NCBI RefSeq assembly: GCF_006345805.1
Contig: NC_043003.1
Coordinates: 75,144,001 to 75,208,000 of the forward strand
DNA: 64,000 nt
Source: Octopus sinensis
Taxonomy: Eukaryota
Direction: 5' to 3'
The notes beneath the pieces were generated by a model. The model was given only the letters and a program-made list of their open reading frames with translations, had not been told where the DNA came from and did not search any database. How positions within the stretch are numbered: the first letter of the stretch is position 1; every line of letters begins with the position of its first letter. This document shows positions 16,345 to 29,650 of the stretch, one piece after another. Made by a program: the position numbers and the translations under genes.

Positions 16345-16523
16345 AACATCGAAAAATACCTTTAGAATGCGAACCCAGGTTTGAAATTTCCCCAAGACAC
16401 CTGATAAAGACTGCATGGTATATCAGCTGAAACGTTGTGTTAACAACAAAGATGAGGACAAATATCCGTTAAATATATATAATGTACATAATTCCTCATC
16501 TCTTAAATTTAGAACTGTATTTA
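16345..16523 (+). mobile_element. 3' part of the tRNA-headed element: hammerhead-bearing, Penelope-like tail
   Basis: Follows the (TAA)n/(CAA)n tract and contains an HHR-like motif; GAACTTA at 14159-14165 and 16524-16530 is a possible TSD of the whole insert. Confidence 0.55.
16396..16441 (+). ncRNA. Degenerate minimal type I hammerhead ribozyme
   Basis: GACAC-CTGATAA-A-GACTG(loop)CAGCT-GAA-ACGT-T-GTGTT: stem I GACAC/GTGTT, palindromic stem III ACGT; G8>A in the core and a stem II mismatch. Confidence 0.55.
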
Positions 16524-17259
16524 GAACTTACAACGTACCTTGCGAGTAGGCTGGGGTTTTTGTTTCTTATTTGAAAAGCTTGCTTGTCTTAAATTTTGTT
16601 CAAGTCCAGTTTCACATTCATCACTATCACACTTCGTTTTAATAAGAATCCTATCCATTTTGTATGGGTGTACTTTTTTAGCAAGTGGAATCTACAACAT
16701 TTCCACTCTGAACGCCTGTATAATTCAATGAAAAACACCACCTCTGCTACTACTGGCTGTAACTGCCACACTTCTGCACGCTAGAATGTTGCAGAGTCGT
16801 TCAAATCTCGTTCAAAAAGTTTCGCGCACGCGTATGGAGCCTACTTGCAGGCCTGAAGATGGCTGTTCGTTGCAAAGAAGAGTGCTGTTTTTATGATCTT
16901 TTGTTTATGGAAATACCGGAATATCCGTAAAGTAATTGTAATATAAGAATGTAGCTCTGCATTTAATTCTTCATATCTAAATGCACGTCTTCGGAAAATC
17001 TCAGGGTGCACCTAATCATCTTCTGAGGCGCACCTTTTGAGAAACACTGGTATAAGTAAGCTAGCTTTAAAATTTACTCCTTCCGCTTCTCTCTTAACTT
17101 ATATACCACCCATAATATCTTAAGCGCTATTCTTTTTTAACAGCTCACTTCTTTCTTCCCCTTTAATTTGCCAATGAAAATAAGCTTTATTAGCTATCCC
17201 TATCCCCTATTTTTTCTTATCAACACTTGTACATCAGACGTCCTCGATTACCACTCCAT

Positions 17260-17400
17260 GAACTATCGGGAGTGGCTGTGTGGCAAATAGCCTGTTAACC
17301 AACCGCATGGCTCCGGGTCCATACCCACTGTGTAATATATCTTAGTGCTGATCAAAGCCCTGTCAGTGGATTTAGAAAATGGAACAAGAAGCCTGTGGTA
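17260..17400 (+). mobile_element. tRNA-derived SINE, 5' part (family A)
   Basis: GGAGTGGCTGTGTGGCAAATAGC...CCGGGTCCATACCCACTG; homologous to 39533-39935. Confidence 0.7.
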
Positions 17401-17409
17401 TATATATTA

Positions 17410-17447
<38 letters not shown>

Positions 17448-17451
<4 letters not shown>

Positions 17452-17699
17452 GAATGAATGGAGTTGAACGACGAATTAACAAAATTCCTTTATTCTCGAC
17501 ATATGTTTCGAAGGCTGCATATTCCTAATTTCGAAGGAATAAGGGGTCCATTATGCCGCCTTCTCATCAGGAAAAACAAGGAACTTATGTCAGCATCAAG
17601 ATGAATAAAATCTTTTAGATGACTGCCCACACGGAGCCCATAGCGATAATAAATTCGGTTAACCGAATTATCCATAATAAGATAATTCATTCAACTACT

Positions 17700-17700
<1 letters not shown>
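17448..17700 (-). mobile_element. Short Penelope-like terminal-repeat element between two (TA)n tracts
   Basis: Carries an intact HHR; its end motif ATGGAGTTGAACGA also occurs at ~11102 beside (TA)n. Confidence 0.6.
17493..17575 (-). ncRNA. Type I hammerhead ribozyme, intact core, extended stem II
   Basis: Minus strand: TTTTC-CTGATGA-GAAGGC...GCCTTC-GAA-ACATATGT-C-GAGAA; predicted GUC cleavage between 17498 and 17497. Confidence 0.8.
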
Positions 17701-17742
<42 letters not shown>

Positions 17743-18899
17743 GCACTAAACAGTATAACGTAACAATAAATGACACTGCGTTTTTCCGACAGTGACAATT
17801 CAGTTAATCTAGCAACTTTCCACCAATTAATAATCGCTAATAAAAGTCGTTGCGTACATAAATTTTAGGGATCTTTAATAATTACTGTCGCAAAATCCCA
17901 GTTATGCTCATTTTAGGGAAACGACTTATATAAGCACAATAAGCCATCTATTTATCCATGATTAACTTGTAATTTGCCACTTTTCTCCCCAATACATGCC
18001 CCAGTTTATGTACTGAAATATTTAATATTAAAAGTAATATAGAAGATTACATTGAAAACACGGGGAAATGCATGTTAAATTCATGTAATTTATTGCCATT
18101 TAAAGAAGTAATACTGCCCAAAATATGTTAATAAATGCATTTTCCTAAACATAAGATTTGTCATCGAAAATAACAATATTACTTTGAGACCGTAATACGA
18201 AAGCAAGATAAGATAAAATAGAAATAGAAATATATCAAAGTGAAATCATTCGCAATAATGCAAGTTGATTAAATGTTTTACATTGCGTGCATAAATAGGA
18301 AATGTGCTTTATATATATAACGTAATTTGGAAGACATCTTAAACGATTATATTATATTATCTCTCTCTATATATATATGTATGTATGTATGTATGTTTGT
18401 ATGTATGTATGTATGTATGTATGTATGTATGTATGTATATTCGTGAACACATAATTGTCCTCCAATTCCGATATATTGGTATATCTACCTGTCTTTCGAT
18501 CTAAATTTCTGACTCTCTCTCACTTCCTATATATGTATATATATGTGTGTGTGCGTGTGTGTGTGGGATGTGTGTGTGTGTCTGTCTGTCTGTGTGTCTG
18601 TGTGTATATATGTATCGTTCCCCTGCTCTCTCTCTCTCTCTCTCAATCTATCTCTCTCAAACTTTGATGCGCATATATATCTATTAACAATGTTGTGATG
18701 AGCAATTATGTTGCAGCATAGACATTTTTCGCATGCCTTTTCGAGTAAATTATTTTGACAACTTTGTTTCAAATTTCATTGTCAGAAATTACTCAGCTAT
18801 TGGGATAAGTAAACATAATTAACAAAAAATTAATATCATACATGAATGTCTCCTTAGTTAATTTTACTATACCTGTATCTGTATCATTTTAATAACCGC

Positions 18900-19340
18900 A
18901 CAACTACCAATGTTACAAATATCGTATCAGTATTCAGATCACATATACCAGCTGTTTCTATGTCTGTACAGATATTTTCATATCTAAGTGTTGCAGCATC
19001 CTGTCTTGGATGTGATACGTAGAACTGGAACCGCTCTGATTAGTAATTGTCCGAGACGAATATATCCGGTGGATTAGATTTAATCTCCGTGTTAATGTGA
19101 TATTGCATCTGATACCTTTTTTGCTTTATTCTCATACCGCAATGTTTTGCCTAGTATTCTTAAATAATTTTGTAATTTCCAATGTAATATATCGTACATT
19201 TCTTTTATGCCTTTAGATATATTCTTTTCTGGTTAACATTGGTCACAAATAGGATAATGTTGTTGAATGTTTCCTCATAACTTCCTGTTCGGAGTTGCTT
19301 AACGCATTCTGTTTCATTCCTTTGTATATCGTAACTCAAG
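18900..19340 (-). mobile_element. Very old RTE-like LINE C-terminal remnant
   Basis: Weak motifs LRILG and LRYENICTD..., resembling LRRILGI and LRYKDVCKRD. Confidence 0.3.
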
Positions 19341-21565
19341 ATCAATAATAATTCAACCTGTGTATAAAGTCAGTGGGATTTATATAGCAGTTATTAAAAT
19401 GATTTCAGCATCAATTTGCCTCCTGCCAATATTACACATAACAAGATCAACTAGAAGAAACAACAAAAGCAATCGCAACAGCAGTATCATCACCAAGAAT
19501 ATGATGCAGCCATCACTATACAGGAATCCTTACATCTACAAAAAGGGGTGGCGCAGATGCAACTGCACCACAAACTATCCGGTCAATGAAAATTGCTATC
19601 CAAACTACTGCAACGAGACTGCAGCGACAACGACACCAATAACAGCAATGCAAACGGTGAAAACAACGACGGCAAGAGGCAGGCCAACAACAGCAACACC
19701 TAACAGAAACGACATCTAGACAGAGAACATCAAGTGTAACATATATCATACAGACAGCAAGAGACGCACTCAGAAAAGACGTACATGAGGAGTATAAGCC
19801 AACGAAAAAGAACTGAGAAAGTACATAATACTCGGCATCGAATTTTCCATCTAAACAGCCTTCCGAATATACAACGAAAATTTAATGGAATATGAGTATT
19901 CTAATTCATGCATTTGTAGTGTATCATTCCATCAGTAACCATTTATAATATCAATATTAGACAAGGAGTGTGTTAAAGAACCTCAGAAATGTCTCAATAA
20001 TAAACACTTTTTATGAGACCTTCTACACCATTTGTATTTGCTTATCCTCAATAAATACAAGAATTTTATAGCTGGCAATGCTTCTGAACCCCCAAAATCA
20101 CTTACTAAAATCACGAAACATTTTGGAGGAAATAGTCTCTACAATGAGTATCAAAACAATAATGTTACACCTCTTTTCTGCACCAACGATCTAAAATATC
20201 GAACATCTAAAACCATTAACATCGTTATCAGTAATGCAACATTCAGATAAAAGGATGAAAACGGCACTCTTAGCAACACTTCTAGCAATTTTGCCAAGTC
20301 TATAATTCCCACGGGAAGCTGAAAAAATTTATTGAAGAATGTCCCACTTTAGAGTCATCCAAATCTTTTATATTGTATGCCATTGAATTTCAAATCAATT
20401 TCTCTGGACTTACACATATAAAATAAAACAGCAGAAACATATTGATTAAAGAATATACTTCATTTCACATCAGCAGAAAGTCGTTTACTCTTGCATGGAA
20501 AACTATCAATGAAATAAATATCCGGAAAAGTAACAATAAGTGGACATTTATTCCAAAACCTTCAGAATAAACATTACAACTTCTGTGAAACATTATCCTG
20601 TTATACAGGATGGCGGGTTTTCATTAAAGAAACTCCCTCACGCACTGAAGAAATGACAAAAACTAGGATAGCAGATGTCTGCAACAGATATATATTTTAT
20701 TTTTATATTCTCATTTGTTTTGGTTTTTGTAATGCGGTAAACAATCAAAACTAATTTTACAAAAGAACTAATTCCTATGTTCTACTATTACCACTAAACA
20801 AATTTAGTGTGGCAAAAATGTACAGATAAATTTCTTTTACAGTTACACTAACAAAATCTGCAACAATTGCTCACGAAAATATACACAGGTAAAGTGGTAT
20901 TTTCCGAAGAAAACAAAAGAATATTGAACCTACTTATCAATTAAATATTTTTTTATATATAGTAAGCAGGTATTAGGCTTAAATACAATATCATTGCTAA
21001 TTATCCAGGTAGGTTAGCTTTCCCTATTCATTATTGTCTTTATGTGAGGTTACAATAATAAAGAAACATTACAGCAATGTCTGATTTGTAGCAAAAATTC
21101 GCAGCAAAATATAAAATGTTGCCATATTCAGTAAATGACTATAATCAGAAACGTGTAAAACTGTCAATAAAAAGTATAATTTTCAAATCTATACAGACCA
21201 AAACAAAATTAGTTTTTGTATCAACAAAATATAAACCTTTCGTAGTTTAACCGATATTACACGGTTAAAAATTGCTATCAATCGTAAATGATAATTACAG
21301 TAAACAAAAGAATGCGAATGAAACCAGTAATTGAAGGCAAATTAATACATTCTATAACTTTGAGAAGCATCGGTTATATATTAATGGTTTATAGTAGACT
21401 TACTCAAAGTACGAATACAGGATCATTACACAATTGACTTTAGGTAGTGGAAGCTGATCTATAAATGATTAGATATAGTATAACTTAACGTATATTAGCT
21501 TTGCCTATGGAAATCCTATATAATTTAGAGAACGCTCACTTAAAATTTTGAAATAGATATGTTAT

Positions 21566-21655
21566 CTATTATTATTATTATTATTATTCAGGTCACTGCC
21601 TGGAATCGAACTCGGGATCTACGCCATATGCCCGTGGGCAATTATGTAGTAAATT
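21566..21655 (-). mobile_element. tRNA-headed SINE 5' fragment (same family as 14166-14237)
   Basis: Minus strand TTTACTACATAATTGCCCACGGGCATATGGCGTAG..CCGAGTTCGATTCCAGGCAGTGACCTGAATAATAAT. Confidence 0.65.
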
Positions 21656-21689
21656 TTAGGGCTTATAAATCTAATACTTTCCTATCCAT

Positions 21690-22690
21690 CTTTAATACCG
21701 CTATTCATATCGGTCTGCTCAGGAGGTTGTTGTTTCCTAGCATATGCGCTGCTTCTTTTAGTTTTCGTATTTTCCAGTGGTGTTCTCTATCTATTATTGT
21801 AACTTCATCCCACATGGGGGGAGGTGGTCACCATTTTTCTCTACAGAATCAGCTATACCCGATTTACCATCATTTCCTCGTGTCACAGCTTTGCGATAAT
21901 CCTCTACCATTATTTTGAGGGGGCGGCATGTTTTGTTTTTGTATAACCTACTACAGCAGCATGATATGTAGTACACACAGTGTTTGATCATATTCTCTTC
22001 TATTGGTGGTTTTACTCGAATGAGATATTTGCGAAGTGTTGTATTACTCTTGAATACTGTCCTGATGTCATAAGGGACGCATATATTTTGTATCTTTCGG
22101 GAACGCCTTTCACACAGGGTAGACAGACTGTAGAGAGTTTATTGGTTTCGTCCTCTCTTTTCTTCATAATTGGAGTGGATAGTATGCTTTTTTGTGGTAG
22201 TTCTTGCCTTATAGATTGTTACTGAACTTGATCATTTCTTCGTGGTGGGTATCACGATTGCTACTTATAGTCTTTTCTCGATGTTTTAGGCACTGAGCCA
22301 TTCCTCTCTGTATGAATGTTGTGATTTGAAATTAAGGTATCGTCCAGTGATGCTGGTTGCGGTATACAGATCTCCTGAATCTATACTTGGTGCGTGTTAT
22401 TAATACGTCCAAGAATGCTAGCTGATTGTTTTTTTCTTCTCCATTGTGAACTGTATGGATGGCTTTATTGAGTTCATATAATCTAACAGCACTTGGACAT
22501 ATTCCTGGTAGAGCCAGAGAATGAAGGTACTACCATCAACATATAGCAGCCATAGGGTTGGTTTTAATGGTGTTGATCCTAAAGTCAAATTCTCAAAGTA
22601 ATCCACGTATATATTGACTATTATCGGTGCTATTGGCAAACCCATAGCTAAACCTTCGTTTGTAGCCAATTTTTTGTTGTGGCAGTCTGT
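21690..22690 (-). mobile_element. Penelope-like element remnant (RT and GIY-YIG endonuclease)
   Basis: GLAMGLPIAPIIVNIYVDYFE...LWLLYVD...IQFTMEK (PLE RT) and CVYYISCCCSRLYKNKTCRPL...SGIAD (GIY-YIG). Confidence 0.85.
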
Positions 22691-22799
22691 TTTCGGTTGA
22701 AATCTTTACGATTCCGACGAAGTAAGTGGTGATATTGTTATCATTGTTAAAGGTCTCCCAGCTTTTGTTCCTTGTTGAAGTTGCTGTTTCTACTAACGA

Positions 22800-24150
22800 G
22801 TTTTTTTTTTTAATTGTGTATTTTTTTCCCATTTATGGGAGAGCCGGACAGAAGAAATGCAATGGAAGCTGGACCAGCAAATATCCACAGTTATGCAGCT
22901 GCAACTAGCAGAGGAATAGAATTAGAAGCTTTAGAAGTTCGAGAAGTTAAAATCGATCCAAGTAAGCTGAAAGAATGCGGAAAACCGCTGTAAAAAGGAA
23001 TGCCACATATTTAATTGACGCCCTCAGTTGATTTAAAAAAATGGAGTTCAGAAAAAGGACAGTGATATACAAAACACTAAAAGTATCGACAAGGAAAATT
23101 TATATAGCTACTATAGAAGACATTGAGAATTGTAGGAAGGATGTCAAACACGTTGCCACGTTTATAACAAGAGAAAGATGTGGCAAAGTGGATGTGCGAT
23201 TCGCAAGTGAATAAGATGACACTGATGATACAAAGGCAGAAGAGTGTGTGTGCGCCTACCAACATACTGTGGCAAGCGAGTTGTCAGAGTAAGGATGGAA
23301 AAGGGCCACCAGTGTTGGATGAAACATGGTTGGTTGCCACTGTTATGTACAATATGGAGGGGGATGCGAAATTCCTGGGAGTAGCAAGAACGAAGAGAGT
23401 GAACTGTTGGGGATACGGAATCGAGATGGCAGTACAGGTAGGTGTGAATGGTATGAAAAAATTCAGGAAGAATTTATTCTACCCGAAGATAAGAGATTTC
23501 TAGTGGTAGTGGAGGGTAGGCCTCCCATATGCTACCAGAGTGGCGAGAAAGGCCACATAAAGGCGAGATGCCCTCAGAGAGAAGAGAAGGAACACCAGAT
23601 AGAAAAGTCTGAGGTGCATGAGAGGGTGAACGATGTGGTGTAGGGAGATTAGATGGAGACAACACGATTAGAGGACGAATTTGAAGTGGTTAAAAAACGA
23701 AAGAGGAAAGAAAGAGTGGGCCTCTCCGCCGGAGAGACAGAAAAAAAGTATCAGATAAAGAGGTGGAGTAGGAAGTCGTAAAGTGGTTGAAAAGAAAGCC
23801 GTAAAGCATGTTGAAAAGTAGGTGGAGAAGTAGTTAGAAAAGGAAGTTGAAAAGGAGGTTACGGAGGTGGAGGAGGAGGAGGAGGAGGTAGAGTTAAAAG
23901 CAAGCATACGAGAGAAACTTTTTTGATAGAAACAGAAGAAACAGCGACACTAACCAGAATGAGGGAGGTGGCACCAAAGTGGAACATAGAAAACAAGCAA
24001 GAAGACAAAGAAAACAGCTGGAATGTCGTGACATATGCTAAAAGCATATATACCGAAAGAATGATAACCAAGCTTAAATCCGTTATAAGAGTTAAGTTAC
24101 CCAAGGAGATATACGGTGAAAACCTAAAAGCTTTTCCAATCGATAAGTAA
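22800..24150 (+). mobile_element. L1/Tx1-like ORF1 (gag-like, zinc knuckle), degenerate copy 1, no ORF2 seen
   Basis: SYAAAT...ALEVREVKI...LPTYCGKRVVRVR...ETWLVATV...EGRPPICYQSGEKGHIKARCP...KLKSVIRVKLP. Confidence 0.7.
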
Positions 24151-24272
24151 AATATAAAAAGTTGAAGGAAAAGTGTCATATTGAGCAGCCGGGAATTGTG
24201 GATGAGTTTGCCAAACTGCTGCCAGCAGTACCATTAAGTAAACTAGATCCGTATATAAGATATTAAGAAAAG

Positions 24273-24877
24273 GGATCTTTTCCTTGTGAACGGCAGATGT
24301 CAACACAATTTCTAGTTAACCAAACACTTTTAAACTTCGTATACTGATAGAATGTCTTTATAAAACATCATTTTTTCTCTTGGTTTTATTGAGAAAATTC
24401 TATAGTTTGTAAGATATTTCGTCTTAAAATCCGAGCATTTCAGCAACTTTAACCAATCCTATGCTCGCTTTTGAGCTAAAATCATTTGCTGCGTCTAAAA
24501 TTGAGATAACATCCTGTCACTACCCCTCAACCTAACCCTAACCCTATTTTTTTCTTAATATTTAAATTAATTTAATTGTTACACGTGTAAAAAATACCGA
24601 AAGCAATGGAAAATGATTTAAACAATTAACAAACAAAATAATTCCATAATTTTATATACACGCTTTCCGTACGTATACGGAAAGCGTAACAATTCGAAAT
24701 ATTAAACTACGTTAAACAAACAAATTACAATTTTCTCAAGAAAGCCAAGAGATAAAAATGTTGTCTCAAGAAAGCCAAGAGAAAAAAATGTTTTATTTTG
24801 ACACATTCTACCAGTATACAAAATTTTAAAGTGTTTAGTTAACTAGAAATTGACTGCCGTTCTAAAAGAAAAGATCC
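24273..24877. mobile_element. MITE with ~110-bp imperfect TIRs, CTAACCCTAACCCT and a 12-bp internal hairpin
   Basis: GGATCTTTTCCTTGTGAACGGCAG ... CTGCCGTTCTAAAAGAAAAGATCC; hairpin ACGCTTTCCGTA-CGTA-TACGGAAAGCGT at 24660-24687. Confidence 0.8.
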
Positions 24878-25189
24878 AGAAAAAGAGAGTAAAATGTATT
24901 TGTTTTTTTTTTTTAAAGAAGAAAAAATAGTAAACTAAATGATGCTAATAGTGAAACAATAAGGAAAAAAGGAAACGATAATAACCTGAAAGTAAGAACG
25001 TCTAAATGGTATTGTATCTCAGTGGGGCTCGTGCACCCATTTCACCACCATCGATTTAATTGTATATGTTTCATTCGTTTTATGTTTTTTGTCCCCACTG
25101 TGGTGTTCTCTCTGTCCTTGTGCTCTCCATTCTGTGTCAGGGCTTCGGTGCCAACTAAAAAGAATTACAGTCAGTGAGATATTTTTGTT

Positions 25190-27199
25190 AGTGTTAAATC
25201 ATTTTTGATACCGGTTTACGTAAATCGTGTTATATTTTGTGGTATTTTTCCGGAAGGTTCTCCTCGAACGGGTGAGCCTTGTTTTGTTGAATTTGTTAAA
25301 TACCGTTGCTGTATTTGCTTGTTGAATTTCGTGTTTTTCTTCTTCACCATTTTGGAGCGAAGTGATCGGGAAAAGAAAAAGAAATGAAGTGTGAACCAGT
25401 TCAAGTACGTGCCGGGAGTTATACTTTGGCAGCTGGGAAAGATGCAGATTCGCTAGAAGTGCGAGAAATTGAAATTGAACAGAAGCTGAAAGAATACTAC
25501 AGCCTGATTCAGAAGGAGGGATCCAGTTTAAAGCTGACTCCTCCAGAAGAAGTGACAACCAATACCGAGAAAGGAACAGTGGTGTAGAGAACACTATCGA
25601 CAACGACGAAGAAAATTGAAATAGCTACAAAAGAAGCAATTGAAGAATGTCTTTAAAAAATTAAGAACCTGATAACATTCTATACAAGAGGAAGAAATAC
25701 AACACAGTAGAAGTGATATTCGCCAACAAAAATGGGGCAATAAATCACTCCACTGTGACACTGAAGACTGGGAAATGGGTACTCCTACCTACCTACTGCA
25801 GCAAAAGTATCGGCAGTGTGAGAATAGGCAGACTACCACTAGAAATCAAAGAAACGTGGCTGGTAGCAACCGTAATATATAAAATCGAAGGAAACGCCGA
25901 AATGTAAAGGTGACAAGGACAAACAAGATATATTGCTGGGGATACGGACTTGAAATGGTCTTTCAGGCTGGAAAAAATGATCTGAACGAAATCGCTGATG
26001 ATTTTACTGGAGGACATAAGATTGTTGGTGGAAGGAGGGCCACCGACCGGCTATCAATGCGGAGAGAAGTGACACGTTAGAATAGAGTGTCCCCAGAAGG
26101 AAATTAAAAACATGGAAAGCCAACAGGAGCTGAATGCCGAAATGGCGGGCTTAGAAAATGAAAAATGCATGGAAGAAGTGGAGAACCATTTAAGGAGATG
26201 ACCAAAAGAAAAACGAAAGAACTAGTAAATTCACCTCCGAAGAGTTCAAAAGAGAAAAAAGAAGAGTAAAATAGACATTGCGCAGCTTATGAGGCATACA
26301 CTTCCAACACCATCACCAACAAAAGGAAAGGAAAAGGAAATCTACCGAGACAACAGAAGTTCACTCCAGAAACAAACAAAGAGCCTAGGAAAAATAAATG
26401 TTATATGGTAACATATACAAAAAAGTACTGCGATAGAAAAGAAAATAACCAAATTAAAATCGGTATTTAGAGTAAAATTACCAGCGGCGATTTACACAGA
26501 AAATACAAAAGGCATATTAACAGACCAAGAGAGGTATGGAAAATTAATAGACCAAGAGAGTTAGGGAAAATTAAGAGAATGAGGATGTAATCGACTCAAC
26601 TCCACCTCCCCAAGCTTCCCTTGTAGCAAACAATTGAAGTAATATTCATTATTATTGTTATTTATTCATTTATCTATCCTTCTATTTCAACATCTTCTCT
26701 TGGGGTTTGATTTCCTCATAATCAACTTACACGTAAACGTTTTTGACTTTTTGGCTATTTTCGCTTTCATTGTCGTATTTTTATTCTAGATTACCGTCCT
26801 ATATACATTCCCGTCCGTCTCACTGTGAAACTGGAGATTTATCAAAATCAACGCATGTATATAAGTCGATACAAATTGTTGGCTTCATACGTTATTTTAA
26901 AATTTCTTATATTATATCATATATTTTATAGTATATTATTTTATATCATAATGTAAATATATTGTTAGTTTGTCAACTGTATTTTTTTTTTCCATTTAAT
27001 ACTTGTATTTGGTATTTATGACGCTTTTTCTGTGATATTCAACTGCTGCAGTTGAAGTGGATATTTTACATCTCTTTGTAGGAATTGCTTTTCCTTCGTT
27101 TTTTTTAAATATAATATTTCATTATTTTTATTATTTTCATTCATTATTAATAATCATTATTTTTATTCTTACATACTTTAATTTATTTTCATTATTATC

Positions 27200-27271
<72 letters not shown>

Positions 27272-27435
27272 TATTTTATTTTAAATTTGTTATGTTATAT
27301 TATGTTATATTTTTATAGTAAATTATATTATATTCAAATGTAAATAAATTGTTAGTTTGTCAATTGCATTTCTCTGTTTTATTTAATATTTGTATTAGTA
27401 ATATAAAACGGATAAAATATAAATAAAAATAAATG
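25190..27435 (+). mobile_element. L1/Tx1-like ORF1-only element, copy 2, with long T-rich 3' region ending in AATAAA motifs
   Basis: SYTLAA...SLEVREIEI...LPTYCSKSIGSVR...ETWLVATV...EGGPPTGYQCGEK.HVRIECP...KLKSVFRVKLP; boundaries approximate. Confidence 0.6.
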
Positions 27436-27516
27436 TTTTTTGTAGATTCATGGATGTCCATGATCTATTTTTAGTATATGTATGAGTTTATATTCGTGTG
27501 TTTATATGTGTTCCCG

Positions 27517-27555
<39 letters not shown>

Positions 27556-28319
27556 CATAATGGCTTACGTTACACGCATATAAGATTACTACGGAGAGAT
27601 ATTAAGTGCATTACGTCATCAAGATTAGTGTTATCGATAGATTCATGGCATTTGCACGTAAAATAATATGTCTTATATTATCTTAATATTATTATTAAAT
27701 TGATATTTAAATATTATATTATATAATATATATAGTTATACTATTTTTATCCTATGTTTGGTTTGTAAATTAAGTTACACTTATTATATGATGAATATAA
27801 AATTAATGTTTATGTTTTTCATTTAGTTTACTAAATGTCTTAAGTTTTATGTGCTGAGAACATGCCAAGAAATGTTTTATGTTAAATTTATTGTCCAGCA
27901 CAATCGTCAGATACTGCCAATCTGGCAGTAATAAAATGGATCATAACATTTAGCAACAGGACAATAATTGCAACCGAAAAAAAAAACGAAATAACGAATT
28001 GTAGGACTTTAAAATGGTCGTACGCGAGCAACGAAACTCTTTCCTATCTACTGTACGCCCAAGCCTGAAATTTGAGGAGGGAATAGATGATTACATCAAC
28101 TCGAGTTGGAAGAAATATATTGTGTCTGGCGTATCCATAATTCTGGCATTTCGTCGCCTTTGGCATCTATGGTTATTCGTGGTAGCGCGATATTAAGAAT
28201 TTTCCTTTTCCAACAGTCAAATCTGTTGTGCGTATGCGAAAGAATAATGGTAATCTTTTATCACTGATGTCACAACTCATGAAATTTTGCGTCGGGGTTA
28301 GTCAATTGCATGGACTCCA

Positions 28320-28460
28320 GAACGCATCTGGTATTTATTTCAACGGCCCCGGAAGGATGAAATGCAAGATCGAACTCGGCCTGATTTGACATCAGAGCGT
28401 GAAGACGGACAAAATGACGCTACGCATTTTGCATGGCGTGCTCACTTTTCTGCAAGATCA
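28320..28460 (-). mobile_element. Degenerate tRNA-derived SINE (family B)
   Basis: Homologous to 47700-48278 and 59875-60070. Confidence 0.55.
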
Positions 28461-28488
28461 CTGTAATGATAACAACAACAACAACAAC

Positions 28489-28579
<91 letters not shown>

Positions 28580-28580
<1 letters not shown>

Positions 28581-29060
28581 TAGACATTATATTGAAAGAC
28601 TTCAGACAAAAATCATGTCCCTTATTGATATGACCTCCCAACTGATATAAAATATCTGTCAATACCCACCAAAAACTGAGCAAATATAAATATCTGGAAA
28701 TAGAAATTGGCCAAGCGCTGAACCTCAAGACTAAAACAGTACTTGTTGTCATATGTGCCCTAGGAATGATAGCAAAAGTGGTTGACAATTACCTAGCTCA
28801 GATGCCATGAATGGCCAAAATGGTAGAAATTCAAAAAATAGTGCTTAAGGGAAAAGCCCATATCCTACATAAAATAATATGTAATCTAAAATTTCAAAAC
28901 AAACTTATAATTTTCTTGTTTTCTTAAACATTCTCTTCAACAATACTATGTACAAAACCAAATCTATGACACCCTAGGCATAACACCAACTTGAACTTCT
29001 AATTACTTGTCTCTTGAAGTCAATGGGTGAGACTTGGAATCAACTTGTATAAATACAAGA
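28580..29060 (+). mobile_element. R4/Dong-like LINE 3' end and UTR
   Basis: CPLLIDM..P.D...KLSKYKYLEIEI...KTV.VVICALGMI...IQKIVLKG.AHIL; preceded by a (TTA)n/(TAG)n tract. Confidence 0.75.
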
Positions 29061-29650
29061 TCAGAGCTTATTGACCCGGACGTATCAGGCCGAAGTGAGG
29101 AAAAATTGTGTAGACCCAATGTACCGATACTGCAACGATAGGATTGAAACAGTGGACCACCTAATCTTTGAGAATAATGTTTTAGACCCTGTAGAGTACA
29201 AATCAACACATGACAGAGTTGGACAATATCTACATTGGATAACGTGTCAGCATTATGAAATCGAATCTGCTGACAAATGTTACAAGCACTACCCTGAGGC
29301 TGTAACAGAGAGAAAATGTAACTATTCTTTGGGACTTTCCAGTATGTACAACCATATTGTTAAAGCAAATAAACCAGGTATTGTTGTGAAACGCCAAAAT
29401 AATAAAATCGGTTTACTGATTGACATGAGCATACCCTGTGACCAAAATATCTCGCTAAAAGAATTTGATAATCTCAAGAAATATAAAGATTTTCTAATCA
29501 AAATAGAAAAGATGTGGAATCTCATGACCAGTGATTATAGGAGCACTTGAAATGATCAAAAAAAGGAACTGAAAATGATTTACGAATGATCGTTGGCTTA
29601 CCATCCATGCAGGAAAGGGAGGAGATTATCTTAACTAGTACGTCACATGT
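29060..29650 (+). mobile_element. R4/Dong-like LINE fragment (CCHC and RLE)
   Basis: RYCNDRIETVDHLI...HDRVGQYLHW...NKPGIVVK...LLIDMSIPCDQNISLKEF...KYKD. Confidence 0.8.

Noticed and set aside
19360-19749. Thr/Asn-rich and Cys-rich ORFs
   Set aside because: Decayed (CAA/CAG)n low-complexity sequence.
19860-20700. Minus-strand hydrophobic frame with a DRY-like LDVRY (GPCR-like)
   Set aside because: Multiple stops and no other GPCR motifs; more likely the antisense of an A-rich decayed element.
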